Positions 38,224-53,753 are shown, counted from the first letter of the stretch. The stretch is 64,000 nt of DNA from Camelus dromedarius (GCF_036321535.1 NC_087436.1:88662001-88726000), one strand, 5' to 3'. Numbers and translations: made by a program. Notes: generated by a model from the letters alone, not told the origin.

Positions 38224-38820
38224 TTTTTTAATTGAAGTATAGTCGATTTACAGTGTTGGGTTAATTTCTGGTGTGTAGCATAGTGATTCAGTATTATACA
38301 TATATATTCTTTTTCATATTCGTTTTTACTATAGGTTCTTATAATGTATTGAATACAGTTCCCTGTATTATATAGTAGGACCTTGTTGTTTATCTATTCT
38401 TCATATAGTAGTTTGTATCTGCTAATCCCAAACTCCCAATTTATCCCTGTCCCGTCCTTCCCTTTTGGTAACCATAAGTTTGTTTCTATGTCTGTGAGTC
38501 TCTTTCTCTTTTGTAAATAAGTTCATTTGTGTCATTTTTTTTTTTAAGATTCTACATATAAGTGATATCGTATGGCATTTGGCTTTCTCTGTCTGACTTA
38601 CTTCACTTAGTGTGATAATCTCTAGGTCCATCCATGTTGCTGCAAATGACAATTATTTCATTCTTTTTTATGGTGAATAGTATTCCATTGTATAAATATA
38701 CCACATCTTCTTTATCCAGTTGTCTGTCGATGGACATGTAAGTTGCTTCCACGTCTTGGCTATTGTAAATACTGTTGCTATGAACATTAGGGTGCATGTA
38801 TCTTTTTAAATTGGAGTTTT
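38224..38820 (-). mobile_element. 5'-truncated L1 (ORF2 end plus 3' UTR)
   Basis: ORF 38422..38652 (FAATWMDLEIITLSEVSQ) is the canonical L1 ORF2 C-terminal sequence. Confidence 0.9.
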
Positions 38821-40489
38821 GAAGACTACCTTTTGTTTGCAGCACCGAGGGGAGTTTTAAAGAAAAGTCCTTATGCAGCTATGAAAGTAAACAATGTCAG
38901 TCTCTCCAAAGCCGTGGAGATCATTCAGCTCAAGTGTCAGCACAGCATATTAAGAATTGATAGCACCAGGAAATTTTAATTTTGGGCTCCATGAACCCCA
39001 CAAGTACTGAACAATCCCTATGAACAGTTCAATGTGATTTTTTCTGGCTAGGGCAACATAACCCCCCCAAAAGGTTAAGAGCCATGTGCTAGAACAAAAT
39101 ATCATCTTATAAGACTTCAACTACTACATAGCCTGGACGAAAAGACGACTAGGTTCACCCATTGATTCAACGAACGTTTCTGTGCCAGGCACAGTCCTAG
39201 GCTCTTGGGATTCCTCAGTGACAAAATAGATAGAGATTCATGCACTTGTGAAACTTGGTTTCTAACTTAAGCAGTGAACACTAAATCAGGAGTGCAGGGA
39301 AGAGAGAGACCCGTTGAAGGGGTATGAGTCTCTCTGCCTGCCATTCTGTTCAGTGCCCTGGAGTGAGAGGGTGAGATAAGAGAAGGGACACTGCTGTTAA
39401 TTTCAGAACTCTGGTGCCTTTTGTATGTATCCAGGTTGTAGTCCTATGTGTGAGCCTGTGTTTAAAGCTTCGTGCCTTTTTGTCCTCTAACTTCAAGCAA
39501 TTAATTTCATCTGGCACTCAGCTGCTGAGCCTGTTCCATCTCTGGAAAAACTGACCGAGTGGGATTCACAGACAGAAGTTATCTTGGTCTCCAATGTGGC
39601 ACTTTCCTAAGGATTTCCAAGGATTCTTTTGACTGTAGATGATTTTCCCCTTTGTGTGCCTATTTCAGAGCCTCTTCCTGTAAGCCAGGGGCTGCTCCTT
39701 TCTAGCGTGGTTTGGAAATCAAAGCTGTGTAATTTCACTTAACACTTCTCTACGCTCCTTTACAACAATTTTGTCCAAGTTGGACAAAAATCAGAAGTGA
39801 CAACTCTCGTCTTTGATACTAAGTTGCCGGGAGACCTTACAGAAGTCAGTTAACCTTTTCGATCATAGTTTCCTCTGGTGTAAAATGAGGTAGTCAAACT
39901 AGACACTCTCCAGGGGTCGTTCTAGATCTTAAAGCTGAGATTTTCCTATTGCAGGGAACATGAGCAGCACATTGTACTCTTTTACTTTTTCCTTCCCTCC
40001 TCCTTTTCCAGCAGTCGAGAAGTGCTGTCTGGGTGAGGGGCAGCCTAGCTGACCTTGATGTCTGCTTCCTTCTTTGTGGTTCTTGGCCAGTTCTTACAGG
40101 GGCCTCTGCCAAAGTGCAAAATGACCTGTTCAACTGCAAGGAAGACTGAGTGGAGGAACTCTGCTCACCGGAACCCAGGTTTGTCTGGGGCTATCTTCTC
40201 TGGCTGTAAGTCAGATCTGAGCATTTCATCTAGGCCGGCAGTTTGTGGGTGGTGGAAAGGGTGGGGAGAGAGAGTCATTGGTGTTAGGGGCCTTTCAACA
40301 GATGGTCCAGCATCAAGCCGGGAGCCAGGTCCGCCTCTGCGTAGAGCTGAGGAGGATATTGACACAGGATAAAAGTCCTCTTCCTTAAGTAGCTAGGTAG
40401 GATACACATGCTTCTGTGTTCACGGTTAAGAAATAAAAAAATAATAATTTAAATAATAATACATAATTTAAATTTTTTAATGTGTAATT

Positions 40490-40775
40490 TAAAATTGACT
40501 AGTAGCTACCTTTAAGAATGCAAACAAACAAGCCACACACACACACAAACCCAGCTCAACTTAATTTTATTTGACTCACTGTATCTAAGATTTTATAATT
40601 TTCATATGGAATCAATATAAAAATTATTAATGAAATATGTTACTTTTTTTTTGCATACCAAGTCTTTAAATTTCAATATTCTCAGCAGCACATCTCAATT
40701 CAGATGAGTGACATTTCAAGTGCTCAATAGTCACTTGTGGCCAGTGTCTCTACTGTATTGGATGGGACAGGGCCA
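40490..40775. mobile_element. MER33/MER3-like hAT DNA element fragment
   Basis: cagcacatctcaattcag...acatttcaagtgctcaatagtcacttgtggccagtg...ctgtattgga. Confidence 0.65.
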
Positions 40776-40781
40776 GATGAA

Positions 40782-41312
40782 GTGTGGTCAGTTGAATAGT
40801 GGACCCCCAAATATATCCACATTCTAATCCTCAGGACCTATGAATGCTACCTTATATGGCAAAAGGGATTCTGCAGATGTGATTGGTTCAGATTTTGACA
40901 TGGGGAGATTACCCTAGATTTTCTGGGAGGAACTGATATAAACACAATGTCCTTATTAGAGAGAGGCAGGAGGGTCAGAGTCAGGAGAAGGCAATGAGAT
41001 GATGGATATAGAGGTTGGAGAGATGTGCTTTGAAGATGCAGGAAGGGTCACCAGCCGAGGAATACAGACAGACAGCCACTAAGCTGAAAAAAGGCAAGAA
41101 AACAAACCCTCTCCTCGGAGCCTTCAGAAGGAAGCAGCCCTGATGAGACACTTTGACTTTAGCCCAGTGGAACTGATTTAAGACTTCTGACCTCCAGAGC
41201 TGTGAGAGAAGTAAATCTGTGTTATAAGCCATGGTAGTAATTTGTTATGAAATATATACTCCTAACTATATTCTCCAATCATTTTGTGTCAGCAGCCACA
41301 GGAAGCTAATTC
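40782..41312. mobile_element. MLT1D-like solo LTR
   Basis: atatccacattctaatcc...ccttatatggcaaaaggga...ttctgacctccagagctgtgagagaagtaaat...gcagccacaggaagctaat. Confidence 0.85.
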
Positions 41313-41782
41313 ATTGCTAATTCTCTAATATCGCCAAGATTCCTTTGAGAAGGCGTCCCCTGGCTACATCATCTTAGACAATTTCAGTTGACTTCCTGGT
41401 ATCTTGGCCGGGGTGCCCAGGTACAGTCATCCTAGGATTGCTGAGCATGACTGCCATCCTCCCTGAGGACTGGGGGCTGTTTCTTACTCTGACTCAATTG
41501 CAGCCTTTGATAGTAAAACTCAGCTGGTGTCTTATCACTGCCCTGGAGGATGAACGTGAGGGAGTGGTTTTTCACATTAGGGTAAGGTACCCAGGGGCAA
41601 AAAAATGGTTTAGAAAAAATTAGCTCTCTTTACTATCTGCTCAGTGTTTTTGTAAATCTAAGAAATGTGGTAAAAATAAAGCCTATTTTAATTTAAAAAG
41701 ATGTACTGCCACGTGGGTTTGATAGGGATAAAGTTTTGCTCTTACACCTTTATCTAGGAACGTTAGTGAATGTGTGATTAGG

Positions 41783-41935
41783 CCAGTAATTCTCCAAGAG
41801 GAGCGTGCATGAGAATCACCTGCGGGGCCCGATGCACCGCAGATCACTGGGCCCCACTGCCAGAGTTTCCGACTTAGTAGATGGGGCCCCCGGATTTGCA
41901 TTTCTAACAAGTGCCAGGTGATGCAGATGCAGCAG
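41783..41935. mobile_element. MER5A-like DNA element
   Basis: gaatcacctg...gggcccca...cagagtttccgactt agtag...atttgcatttctaacaagt...caggtgatgc. Confidence 0.7.
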
Positions 41936-43560
41936 GCAGGCCGGTGGGCAGGTAGGCAGGGAGCTGTTAAAGGAGAGCCCCTCCCAGTATGTGGCCTGAA
42001 GGAGGGGCTTCTGGGCTTGGCCTCCACGCGGAGGTGCAGCACTGTGGCTGAGGAGACTCTCCCTGACCAGGGCCCACACAGGATCCTCTTCCGAGGTGAG
42101 CTCAGCAGTCGTTGCTAAGATACAGGAGAGTCAGCACCGGCTCCGGCTCCCCGTTCCCCGTGCTTGGCTCTGTTTTGTGTCTCCCACCCTAAGGCCTAAA
42201 GTAGATGACAATCCCGAGATCCCCAAGTCTCAGCTAAAAATACCTCCTTTGCCACGGGCCAGCTGACTTCTCAGATTTCCCAGCTGAAGTGAATCCCCCG
42301 GACCTGGGGCTGCCCCAGTGGAAAGTCTATAAGCAGAAAATACCAGGTTAAAAAAAGCTCTGGGGAGGCCCCTGAAAGCTCTCACCCCCAGCTGCCCACT
42401 TGGGGTGGCCAATTCCGGGCGTGGGGGCGGGGGAGGGAGGATCAAGCCAGGAATGGCTGCGTTTGTTCAGTTTCATTCTATAGGAGAGTTCCGGCCAAAC
42501 TTTAGAGACCGGCTCCACACCCCCCGCCCCCTCGCCCCCCCCACCCCCCGTCGTGGTCTTTGTTTTGTGCTTTGTTTTGTTTTTTGGGGTTTTTTTTTTG
42601 GTATTGCTGTTTTGTTGGTATTGCTTTTACTTTACCTCCGTAGGCTAAATGTCAACAAGAAGGAAAAAATGCTCCTTAGGTAAGAAGTATATACTCCTAA
42701 CTTAACAATATTCTCCAATCATTTTGTGTCAAAAACTCCTAAAAGCGGGCAAACTCCCCTCCTTCCTTAAAGAGCGCTTTCCCAACAGATGAGAAATATC
42801 TTCTTTCTAGAAAAATTATTTTTTCCTCCATGTAGGAAGTAAATGAAACCCGTGGGATAACAATTTTAGTTTTTTAAATTCAAATTTAAAACCATTAAAA
42901 AAAAGTATTATTCTTGTTTAATTTGTAAAAGTGGACTTTTCTTTGAAAAGGTTTGTTGTTTACCTACTCACATTTCTCCAAGACAGAGGGAAAATATAAG
43001 ACATTCTCCAACTTGGCTTTTCCCCGTTAGTAGACTCTGATGGCAGGCAAGTAATGAACACAGCTCTTCTGCGATGGTCTGGCTGCTGGAATATTAAACA
43101 TTCAACGCAAGCAATGCACATCCTCACAACCTACTGACTTCACAGAGGCAGAGAAGGCTGAAAGATCTAGATCTTGTCGTTTTAGTCCTTTTTTATAAGT
43201 GTTGTAAGTGAGCATAGTAACATCGATTGCTTTCTACAGACCTCAAACCTTTGTGCAGATTCTCCTTTTCCTCGCCCCTTGCTGAACAGCTGAGTCCTGA
43301 ATCTTCTGTGGGCGGAGCAAGGCGGGCTCCGAGGTGCGGGGAGGGGCAGTGCAATGGTCTAGAGCCCGCAGGGTGAGGACAGCGTCACCGTGGAGGGGTG
43401 GCCTGCGGGTAGGGTGGAGGTCAGGGCTAAGCAGGGTGAGGAAGATAGGGACACCAGCAGCCCGGGGGGGATGTCGGAGCTCTTGGCAGGGTGAGCGTGG
43501 CACGCGCGTGGGAGATGTGGTCGGGACTGTGGGAGATTCCTTACAGACCAGGAGCCTGAT
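41800..43560. promoter_or_regulatory. Second GC/CpG-enriched region in CORIN intron 1 (two lobes, ~41800-42560 and ~43300-43560)
   Basis: Local CpG retention, GC boxes (GGGGCGGGG at 42424-42432), G- and C-tracts. Confidence 0.5.
42644..42679 (+). other. Candidate 36-nt cassette exon in CORIN intron 1 ending in an in-frame TAG
   Basis: ttgcttttactttacctccgtag| ... TAG|gtaaga. Confidence 0.35.
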
Positions 43561-43569
43561 CACATAAGC

Positions 43570-44800
43570 TCAGAACAAGCCAGATTTCTTCTTGCTGGGA
43601 ACAGGAGTTAAAAATATAGATAGGCAGAAAACTAGATTTATAACCCTGATAGGATTGAAATTGGAGATATGAGTGTGAATGTATACATTTCAACTTAAAA
43701 AGATGTAGAATTAAATATAAATGTGAGTGTCTGTATATGTGTTTGTGTACACACGAGTGCACACTGCATAAACAAGTTTTCCCCTCCAGCTCTGTTTGTA
43801 GAGAGGGACTGGGAGCAGCCACAAGCTAAGAGCAATGAGCATAGCCTGTGAGGATGAAGGGGCACACAGATCTGGGTTTTAAATACCATTTTCTGCAAGA
43901 AGAAACCAGGTTCCTTGGAGAAATGGCTAATTCCAAGGGCCAGACAAGGAAAGTACAAGATGCATCCAAAACATCTTGCTCGAGAAAGCAAGGAAGTACT
44001 CAAAGTGTGGGCATGTTCAAAGGACACAGAAGCCAGCTTGAATTGGCCCCCACTGGCCAAATGGAGGGCAATTAAGCATCAAAATAAGTAATGATAATAC
44101 AGATTATAAACCACTGAATAAAATAGGATTCCAAGAGTCCATGCATATGTCAATAAAAGAATAAAGTGGAAGTTTGAAGGGATGGAATATTTACATAATT
44201 TTAATATATCAGTGCAGAATACTTGATTACACGGGTGGTGGGGAGAGTAATGTTACAGTGGGGAGGCTTGGCAAGTCACTGTCTTTATCACATGATTGAT
44301 GTGATTATCATTAGTAAAGGGAAAAATTAATAGGACACAATGAGAAGTGAGTAGTATTGCTCTTGTGGTATTTTTGCTAAAGATGTCTGAATTTAATTGA
44401 AACCACAACTAAGGAACCTTCTACCATATAACTGACCTGTAATTTACAAAAGTGTCCAAGTCATGGAAGTGGAAGGAAGATTGAAGGAGACTAAAGAGGT
44501 GTGTAGATTTAGAGTAATATGTGATTCTAAGTTACATCCTTTTGGTTCAAGGGGTAGTCTTGGGACTGTTGGCCAGGCTGGAATGGGTTCTTAGAATTAG
44601 TTGGTAGCAACGTAACAATGGAATTTCCTCAAGTAGGAGAATGTCCTTGTTTGTTGGAAATAATCAGTAACATATTCCAGAGTGATAGGGAATCCAGTCA
44701 GTAACTTAGTATGAAATGGTTCAGAAAAAAGCTCTTTGTATTTATTGTACTTCCAACTTTTCTATAAATGTGTGGTTGTTTGAAATTTTTTAAAAAGGAA
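43570..44800 (+). mobile_element. L1MC-like 3' UTR remnant
   Basis: gaaaccaggttccttggagaaatggctaattcc...aaggacacagaagccagcttgaa...ttgtacttccaacttttctataa. Confidence 0.7.
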
Positions 44801-45752
44801 GAAAAGTAAACAGATTTTGTTTGATAATTGCAGGAGAGTTAAAAGAAGTTTCGGAAAAACTGACCCTCAGGGCACACACGGCACCTTTTGTCTGTGTGGT
44901 CTACTGTTGTCTATGGCAGCATCACCTAATAAACTCCTTTTCTATTCTCAAAAAAAATAAATAAATAAAAGAAGTTTTGTATTTACACTAACAAAGTTTT
45001 ATTTGTAATCACCAACCTTTTAGCAACTTTTTTTTGAAAACAGTAAACAATTAGTATACTGTTAGTACACAATCTATTATTATATTTCCAAAAGGAGAAT
45101 ATTTTCTAACTTCTGCAATTGAAAACAGGGTTATTTATAATCATGTAACTCACAATTATAATACATCAAGGTTAGACAATTATTGAACATTTAAAGACAC
45201 CTTTTCATTAGTTTGTCTTCATTTGGATCCAGGTTTGCCTTTTCATAAGTAAATTAGATATATCCATAATATTGTACATATCTTAAAATATTTTAAAGCA
45301 TTTATCATTCATAATGTTTGTTTTTGTTTCAGAGTGCAGACAACTTTAGCACATTATTTTCAGTATGCTTTATTACTTGGGAATACTAACTGTGGAAAGA
45401 TGTCAGAACAAAATTTAAAAACACAGTGAATGGACCAATGGGATCTATACTCTCAAAAAGCTTTTTTCTTTCACCATCAGCTTCTTTATAACTTAGGGAA
45501 TGTTAAGTAATTCTTTGTGACTCTCGTAAATAGTGAACATTCAACACCTTGTATAATGTGAATATGTACTAACATTAAAAACATTGGAAACAAGCAGTGG
45601 AAAGAAGCTGGGAAGATAAATCATTATGACTGAAATCCTAATTCTAGTAATTCAGTTTTGAGTGCCTGTAAATAGACATTCATTAATGCTCCTTGTCATT
45701 GAAGTATTTTCAGTATTAGACTGCTCTCTGTTGTAGTTAAGTTGAACATGTT

Positions 45753-46590
45753 TTTTGGGTTTGTTTGTTTGAAGTATACTTGATGTATAATATTATATAA
45801 GTTATAGATGTACAACATAGGGATTCACAATTTTTAAAGGCTATACTCCATTTATAGTTATTATGAAATTGACTATATTCCCTGGGTTGTACAGTAGATC
45901 CTTGTGGCTTATTTTATACATAATAGTTTGTACCTCTTAATTCTCTACTCTTATACTGCCCCTTCCTCTCCCCACTGGTAACCGCTAGTTTGTTCTCTAT
46001 ATCTGTGAGTCTGTTTCTGTGTCCTCATATTCACTAGTTTGTTGTATTTTTTATATTCCACATGTAAGTGGTATCACTTAGGTTGTTTCCATATCTTGGC
46101 AATTGTAAAATAATCCTGCTGTGAACATTGTGGTTCATAGAATGTATCTTTTTGAATTTTTTTTCCAGATATATACCCAGGAATGGAATTACTGGGTCAT
46201 ATAGTAGTTCCATTTTTAGTTTTTTGAGAAAACTCCATAGTGTTTTCCACAGTAGCTGGACCAATTTACATTCCCAACAACAGTGTACGAGGATTCCCTT
46301 TTCTCCGCATCCTTGCCGACATTTGTTATTGTGTCCCTTTTGATGATAGCCATTCTGACAGGTGTAAAGTGATATCTCATTGTGTTTTTGATTTGCATTT
46401 CCTTGATAATTAGTGATGTTGAGCATGTTTACATGTACTTGTTGGCCATCTGCATGTCCTCTTTGGAAAGATGTCTATTCAAATCTTCTGCCCATTTTTT
46501 AATTGGGTTGTTTGTTTTTTTGATGTTGAATTCTATGAGCTGTTTATATATTTTGGATCTTAACCCCTAATTGGTCATATCATTTGCAAA
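45753..46590 (-). mobile_element. 5'-truncated L1 with TSD gaacatgtt (45744-45752 / 46591-46599)
   Basis: ORFs 46216..46398 ([19 protein letters not shown]) and 46034..46426 are L1 ORF2-like. Confidence 0.88.
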
Positions 46591-47599
46591 GAACATGTTA
46601 AGTTTTAACAAAATGTGGAAGTCAGTTTTGGATGTCCATTTTTCACATTACCACAAGGTTTTCCAGGTGCTTACTCTGTATAGCACATATCACAGCTGGA
46701 ATTAACTGAATATTTGTCTGGCTATTTGCTCTATTTCTCCTCTGATATATTGTGTGTTCCCTGAGGACAGGACTATTTGCTTGCCCATTTCTCTACCTTT
46801 ACCTCTTAGCGCAACTTGGCAGATCACTTTCTCATGTGTTTTTTTTTTTGTTTGTTTGTTTTTATTGTGAGCTCATCTTGGTGGGTGGGGAAGAGTGATA
46901 GTGGATATGCAGAGTGGTTTTGGTTTGCTTCTTACTGGCACTTAGTGACATCACCAATCTGGGATTTATTTTTATATTTGTTCCACAGGTTGAGAATTCT
47001 GTACCTTGGATATAGTGTAAATTTGATGCCCAAGCCTGCTCAGCACACAGGCTTGGAATTTTTTATTTTTCACAAGAGCTTGTTATCTTTTCCCCTTTAC
47101 GGATAGATTTTTTAGTCCTTTCTTTGGATGAATTAAGAAGAGCTTTTCTAACTGCCCCTCTCACTGAGCATTGGTCCTGTGAGCATCCTGGCTTTGTTCA
47201 AGTCTCTCAGTTCCAACTCTTAACTTAGGCTTTTTCTCAGGTTCCTTTCTTGCCATCCAAACCCAGGACCCAAGCTAACTGGACCTACTTGGGGGTCCAA
47301 TAACCCATTCCTCCCCTCTCCCCTTATTGCCAGGACTCTCTTAGCATCAGTTTTCACACTACCTCCTCTGGGCTTTTTTTGTTTCCCCTTCTTTTCTTAC
47401 CCCTAGGAATTTCCTTCTTTTTCTTTTGAATGCAGCTATATATTTAAACTGGGCTAAACAAGAGTTGAAGAAAGATAGAAAAAAAGGAAGTGGTTAGATT
47501 TGGAAAAGAGAACATGTCAGGAGGGGAGGGAAGTGACACTTGCTAGGAATCTACACTGTTGGCTCCACTTTGGTGTTTTGTAGATTCCCAGAAAGTGTC

Positions 47600-47642
47600 C
47601 TGAGAGAGAGAGGGAGAGAGACAGAGACAGAGAGAGACAGAT
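47600..47642. repeat. (GA/GACA)n microsatellite
   Basis: gagagagagagggagagagacagagacagagagagacaga. Confidence 0.8.
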
Positions 47643-49254
47643 GTGGTCTTGGGGTCATAATAGCTGTTTCAGTCAGAATCCCCTGGACTGCCTATAAAAT
47701 TCTGGGAGGTATTCTGTATTTGATAGGACTCTATAAGCTATAAAAAATTTAGAACTGACTAAACCAAAGGGTGGGGGTTGTTTTCAGTTTACTTGGTGTC
47801 TCACAGACGCTAAGGACAGGAAAGCAAGACAAAATGATGAATTAGAGGCTGCTGGGAACTGATTAAAGACAACTCAATATTCAACTGTAGGTACTGAGTT
47901 TCCACAGATAACATACAAGGTACCTCTGGTCTCTGCTTCTGGATCAGGACCACGTGAAACTCTTCACAGGATAAGGTTGATGGGATCATTTCTCCTCCCC
48001 CATCATCTTTCACATTTTTTGAGGTCTCTGATTCCCTCCGTGTCCCTCCCTCATTGTTGTGGTCCTTGCTAGGAATGATTGTTTCCTCATATTAAAGTCT
48101 GTATTACCAATTATAACAATAATTTTCTTTTCTAGACTTTTTTTTTTTTGTCTCTGTTTGTCCCCCTTTCCTTTAGGAAGACTTAGGTGAATTTGAAAGC
48201 CTTCAACCTGTTTCTCAGTTTGGTTATTTTTCGTCTCTAGTCCATGTAGGTCTTGTACTCTTTGCCAGGCTAGCTTTTGGTTTCTCTTTGCTTTCTGGTC
48301 ATCATCTTTTTCTTTCTAACTTTCTCTTCTAAGCTTCTTCTGCAAGAACTCTTACAGTCACAAATATGAAGTCAGTGAATTCCGGGTCTGCCAAAAGCTT
48401 CCATGTTCAAATGGTCCTCCTGAGTTGGTTAATTTCCATCCAAAAGGTGTTCTCCTGTCAGATCCTCTTCTCACCTTGGCTTGGACTCAATCTATTATGG
48501 ACTGCCCAGCACTCTTTTAACATGTTTCATCTTTGCTGTGTCTTCCCTTGTTTCTAATTCCACAAATTTTCTATTATATTCAGTGAGTGCACATGCAGTA
48601 CTTATGTACCTTCATAATAACTGTGTCAGGATGAAACCTGATGCTTAAGAGTTCTGGGAGAATGTATGTTATCCTGATTTTCTAGATCTTACCCTTTCCA
48701 GCGTATCCAGATTTTCAGTAGCTGCTTGACATAGCTGTCCAGTCTTAAAGGCATGATTTTCTAATTGCTCTTGCAATGAACTATCTTCAGCTTTAGGGAA
48801 CTTTCAGTAATTTCTCAAGTCCTTGTCCCCTTGGGGACACTCAATTCATTTATTCTTTGAGAGCTTGCCCTTCCTCCTCTGTTTGATTCCTTTGGGTTCC
48901 AATCATACAGGATTATCTAGTAATTGCTAAGAAGATCTCCCCTTTCTAATAGTCTCATGATGAGTATTAGATCTGGATGTAACTCTTTGTCTCTTTGTAT
49001 CTGTCTAGACCTTCAGAATCACATTTTTCCTTCCTATCTGCTCAGTCCACCAGCTCAAAGCTTAGCCTTTCTCTTAAGGAAATCTGTCTCGTTCTTCAGC
49101 GTCATCAATTTGTCATTCTGGAAAAAAGACTGAAGTGTGTTTTTTCAAACCATTCCACATCTCCTTTGACTGCCTAAGTTAAACTGCTTATGCAGAGAGA
49201 GTGTTCAGTTGCATAGGCTCTTTGCTCTTTTAGCTTTGCATTTGCAAAAGTGTT

Positions 49255-51918
<2,664 letters not shown>

Positions 51919-52949
51919 CATTTGCAAAAGTTTTATAGAGTTGTGTTCTTATTTCACCCCATGAAGATGGAATATGCTATGATAAAGCCTTCCATTCTTT
52001 TTTGTTTTGTAGCAAAAACAACCATCATTCTCTGATCAAATTGGTGAATTAGGTCTCTAAAATCTACAGCCAGCTTCAGAGGTTATTTAATTAACAATTT
52101 TAGAGTGAATTAATGGAGGACCGTGTAATGGAGGACTGCCCAAACTTGTGAACAAGCCCTGTGCAACTGAGGTGTTGGTACCTCCACTTACTGATTTCCT
52201 TCCGTGGGCCCAAATGCAATTTAGAACAACATGTTAAGGCATGGAATTTAGGGCAGCCTTTCTTAGATAACTATTCTAAAACTGGCACAAAAAATCAAAG
52301 CTAGAAGTTCACATCTACTTCTGGAGAGCTCACGAATCCCAGCAGTTTTGTAGTTTCCAGGCAGCACATTTGGCTCTGCTCACCTCCAGGAACTACACAG
52401 GTTTTGAGCCTATGCCAGCCTTACCTGAATCACTGGGCCAAGCTCCACATGTATAGCTTGGAGCAGAGGCCACAGAGATTGTTCAAAGTCTAAAATCCAC
52501 ATGGGCCATGCTTGGTTCAAGTCCACCAAAGCTTAAAGCCTCATGTCCTACCTGCCCAAGAAATAACCACTTCATGTATACACTTTTCTCCCTAAATACC
52601 TCTCCTTACTCTTCCTCAAGATTCTTGGTTCAATGTAATAGGTGTTAGGTTTTGAAGGACCCAATAAGTTATGTCTCTCTGATGTTGATTGATTGATGTT
52701 GTTGTTAAAATTCTATGTTCTTTTATGTGCCAGGTGGGGTAACAGTCACAAAAAGATACAAGGTTTTTCTAAAAAAAATGTACCATCTCTCTGTGGAGAA
52801 AAGGTGTATACTCTCAGTGTTTACTTAAAGACCTAATGTAAGTTTATGCCTATAGAATGTGGGAATAGTTTGCTAACTTAGGAATGTGTCTTACGTCCAG
52901 AGCGTAGAGCTGACCGTGCAATCTGTGGTAGATGCTTGCTGAACAGCCT

Positions 52950-53150
52950 GAGTGCTTCTCAACCAGGAAAGGTGCTAACCTTTGGCATATGGCATATGGC
53001 AATAACAGAGGACTTGTTGTTAATCACAGTGCCAAGGCATGGGGACAGTTACTGCTGGCATTAGGTGGTGGCCAGGGATGCCAAAGGTCCTACAGCATGT
53101 GAGAGAGTCCCATCAAGTGAAAAGCTGTCCTGCTTAAAATGTCAATGACA
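52950..53150. mobile_element. MER20-like DNA element
   Basis: agtgcttctcaacc...ctgctggcatt...ggccagggatgc...aaaatgtcaat. Confidence 0.55.
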
Positions 53151-53753
53151 TTGCTTCCCTCTTGGCTTCCCTCCTCCCTCAACCCACACACACATGCTTT
53201 GAGACCCATGGGAATGTATGCTTAGGAACTAGTGTTGTTTTATCTTGGTGTAAAAGTAAAAGGTTATATTTCTTTTGGAACATCACAATGGGGATTGAGT
53301 GTGCCCTAGTTCACGCTGTCTCTGTGGTTGACCTGTAGTCCTTTCCATATACCTGTGTAACTGTCCTGTCACAGTGCATTGAAGTTGCCCTTGAGGTTGT
53401 GTATGGTGGAGGTAGGCTGTCAACTCCCGGAGCACAGGGACTGTCTTTCTCATCTTTATATCCCTATAGTCCAGCTGTGCACAGAATAGCTGCTCAATAA
53501 GCATGAGTGGAATGAAACGTATTAGTGAGATTTTTTAACATACAGCATAGACATGTTTTGCAATGGAAAGCTCAACCTAGAACATCTCTGTATTTTCCAA
53601 CTCAAATATTCATGGAATATAACAAAACTTATGATGAATGTTAAGTTTGGAATTCATCGTTTTGCTCTGGGTATTCAGAAAGAAATTGCTGCTTCATCGA
53701 ACACATAAAATCCTAAACTTGTACTTTATTTATTCTTTTTTTTTGCACTGCAG

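Larger units (their letters stand above)
41253..42731 (+). repeat. ~40-bp dispersed direct repeat (41253-41291 and 42688-42731)
   Basis: tatatactcctaac...atattctccaatcattttgtgtca in both copies. Confidence 0.9.

Noticed and set aside
52111..53003. Tiny direct repeats taatggaggac x2 (~52111-52136) and tggcata x3 (~52983-53003)
   Set aside because: Slippage-type micro-duplications with no spacer structure; not CRISPR-like.
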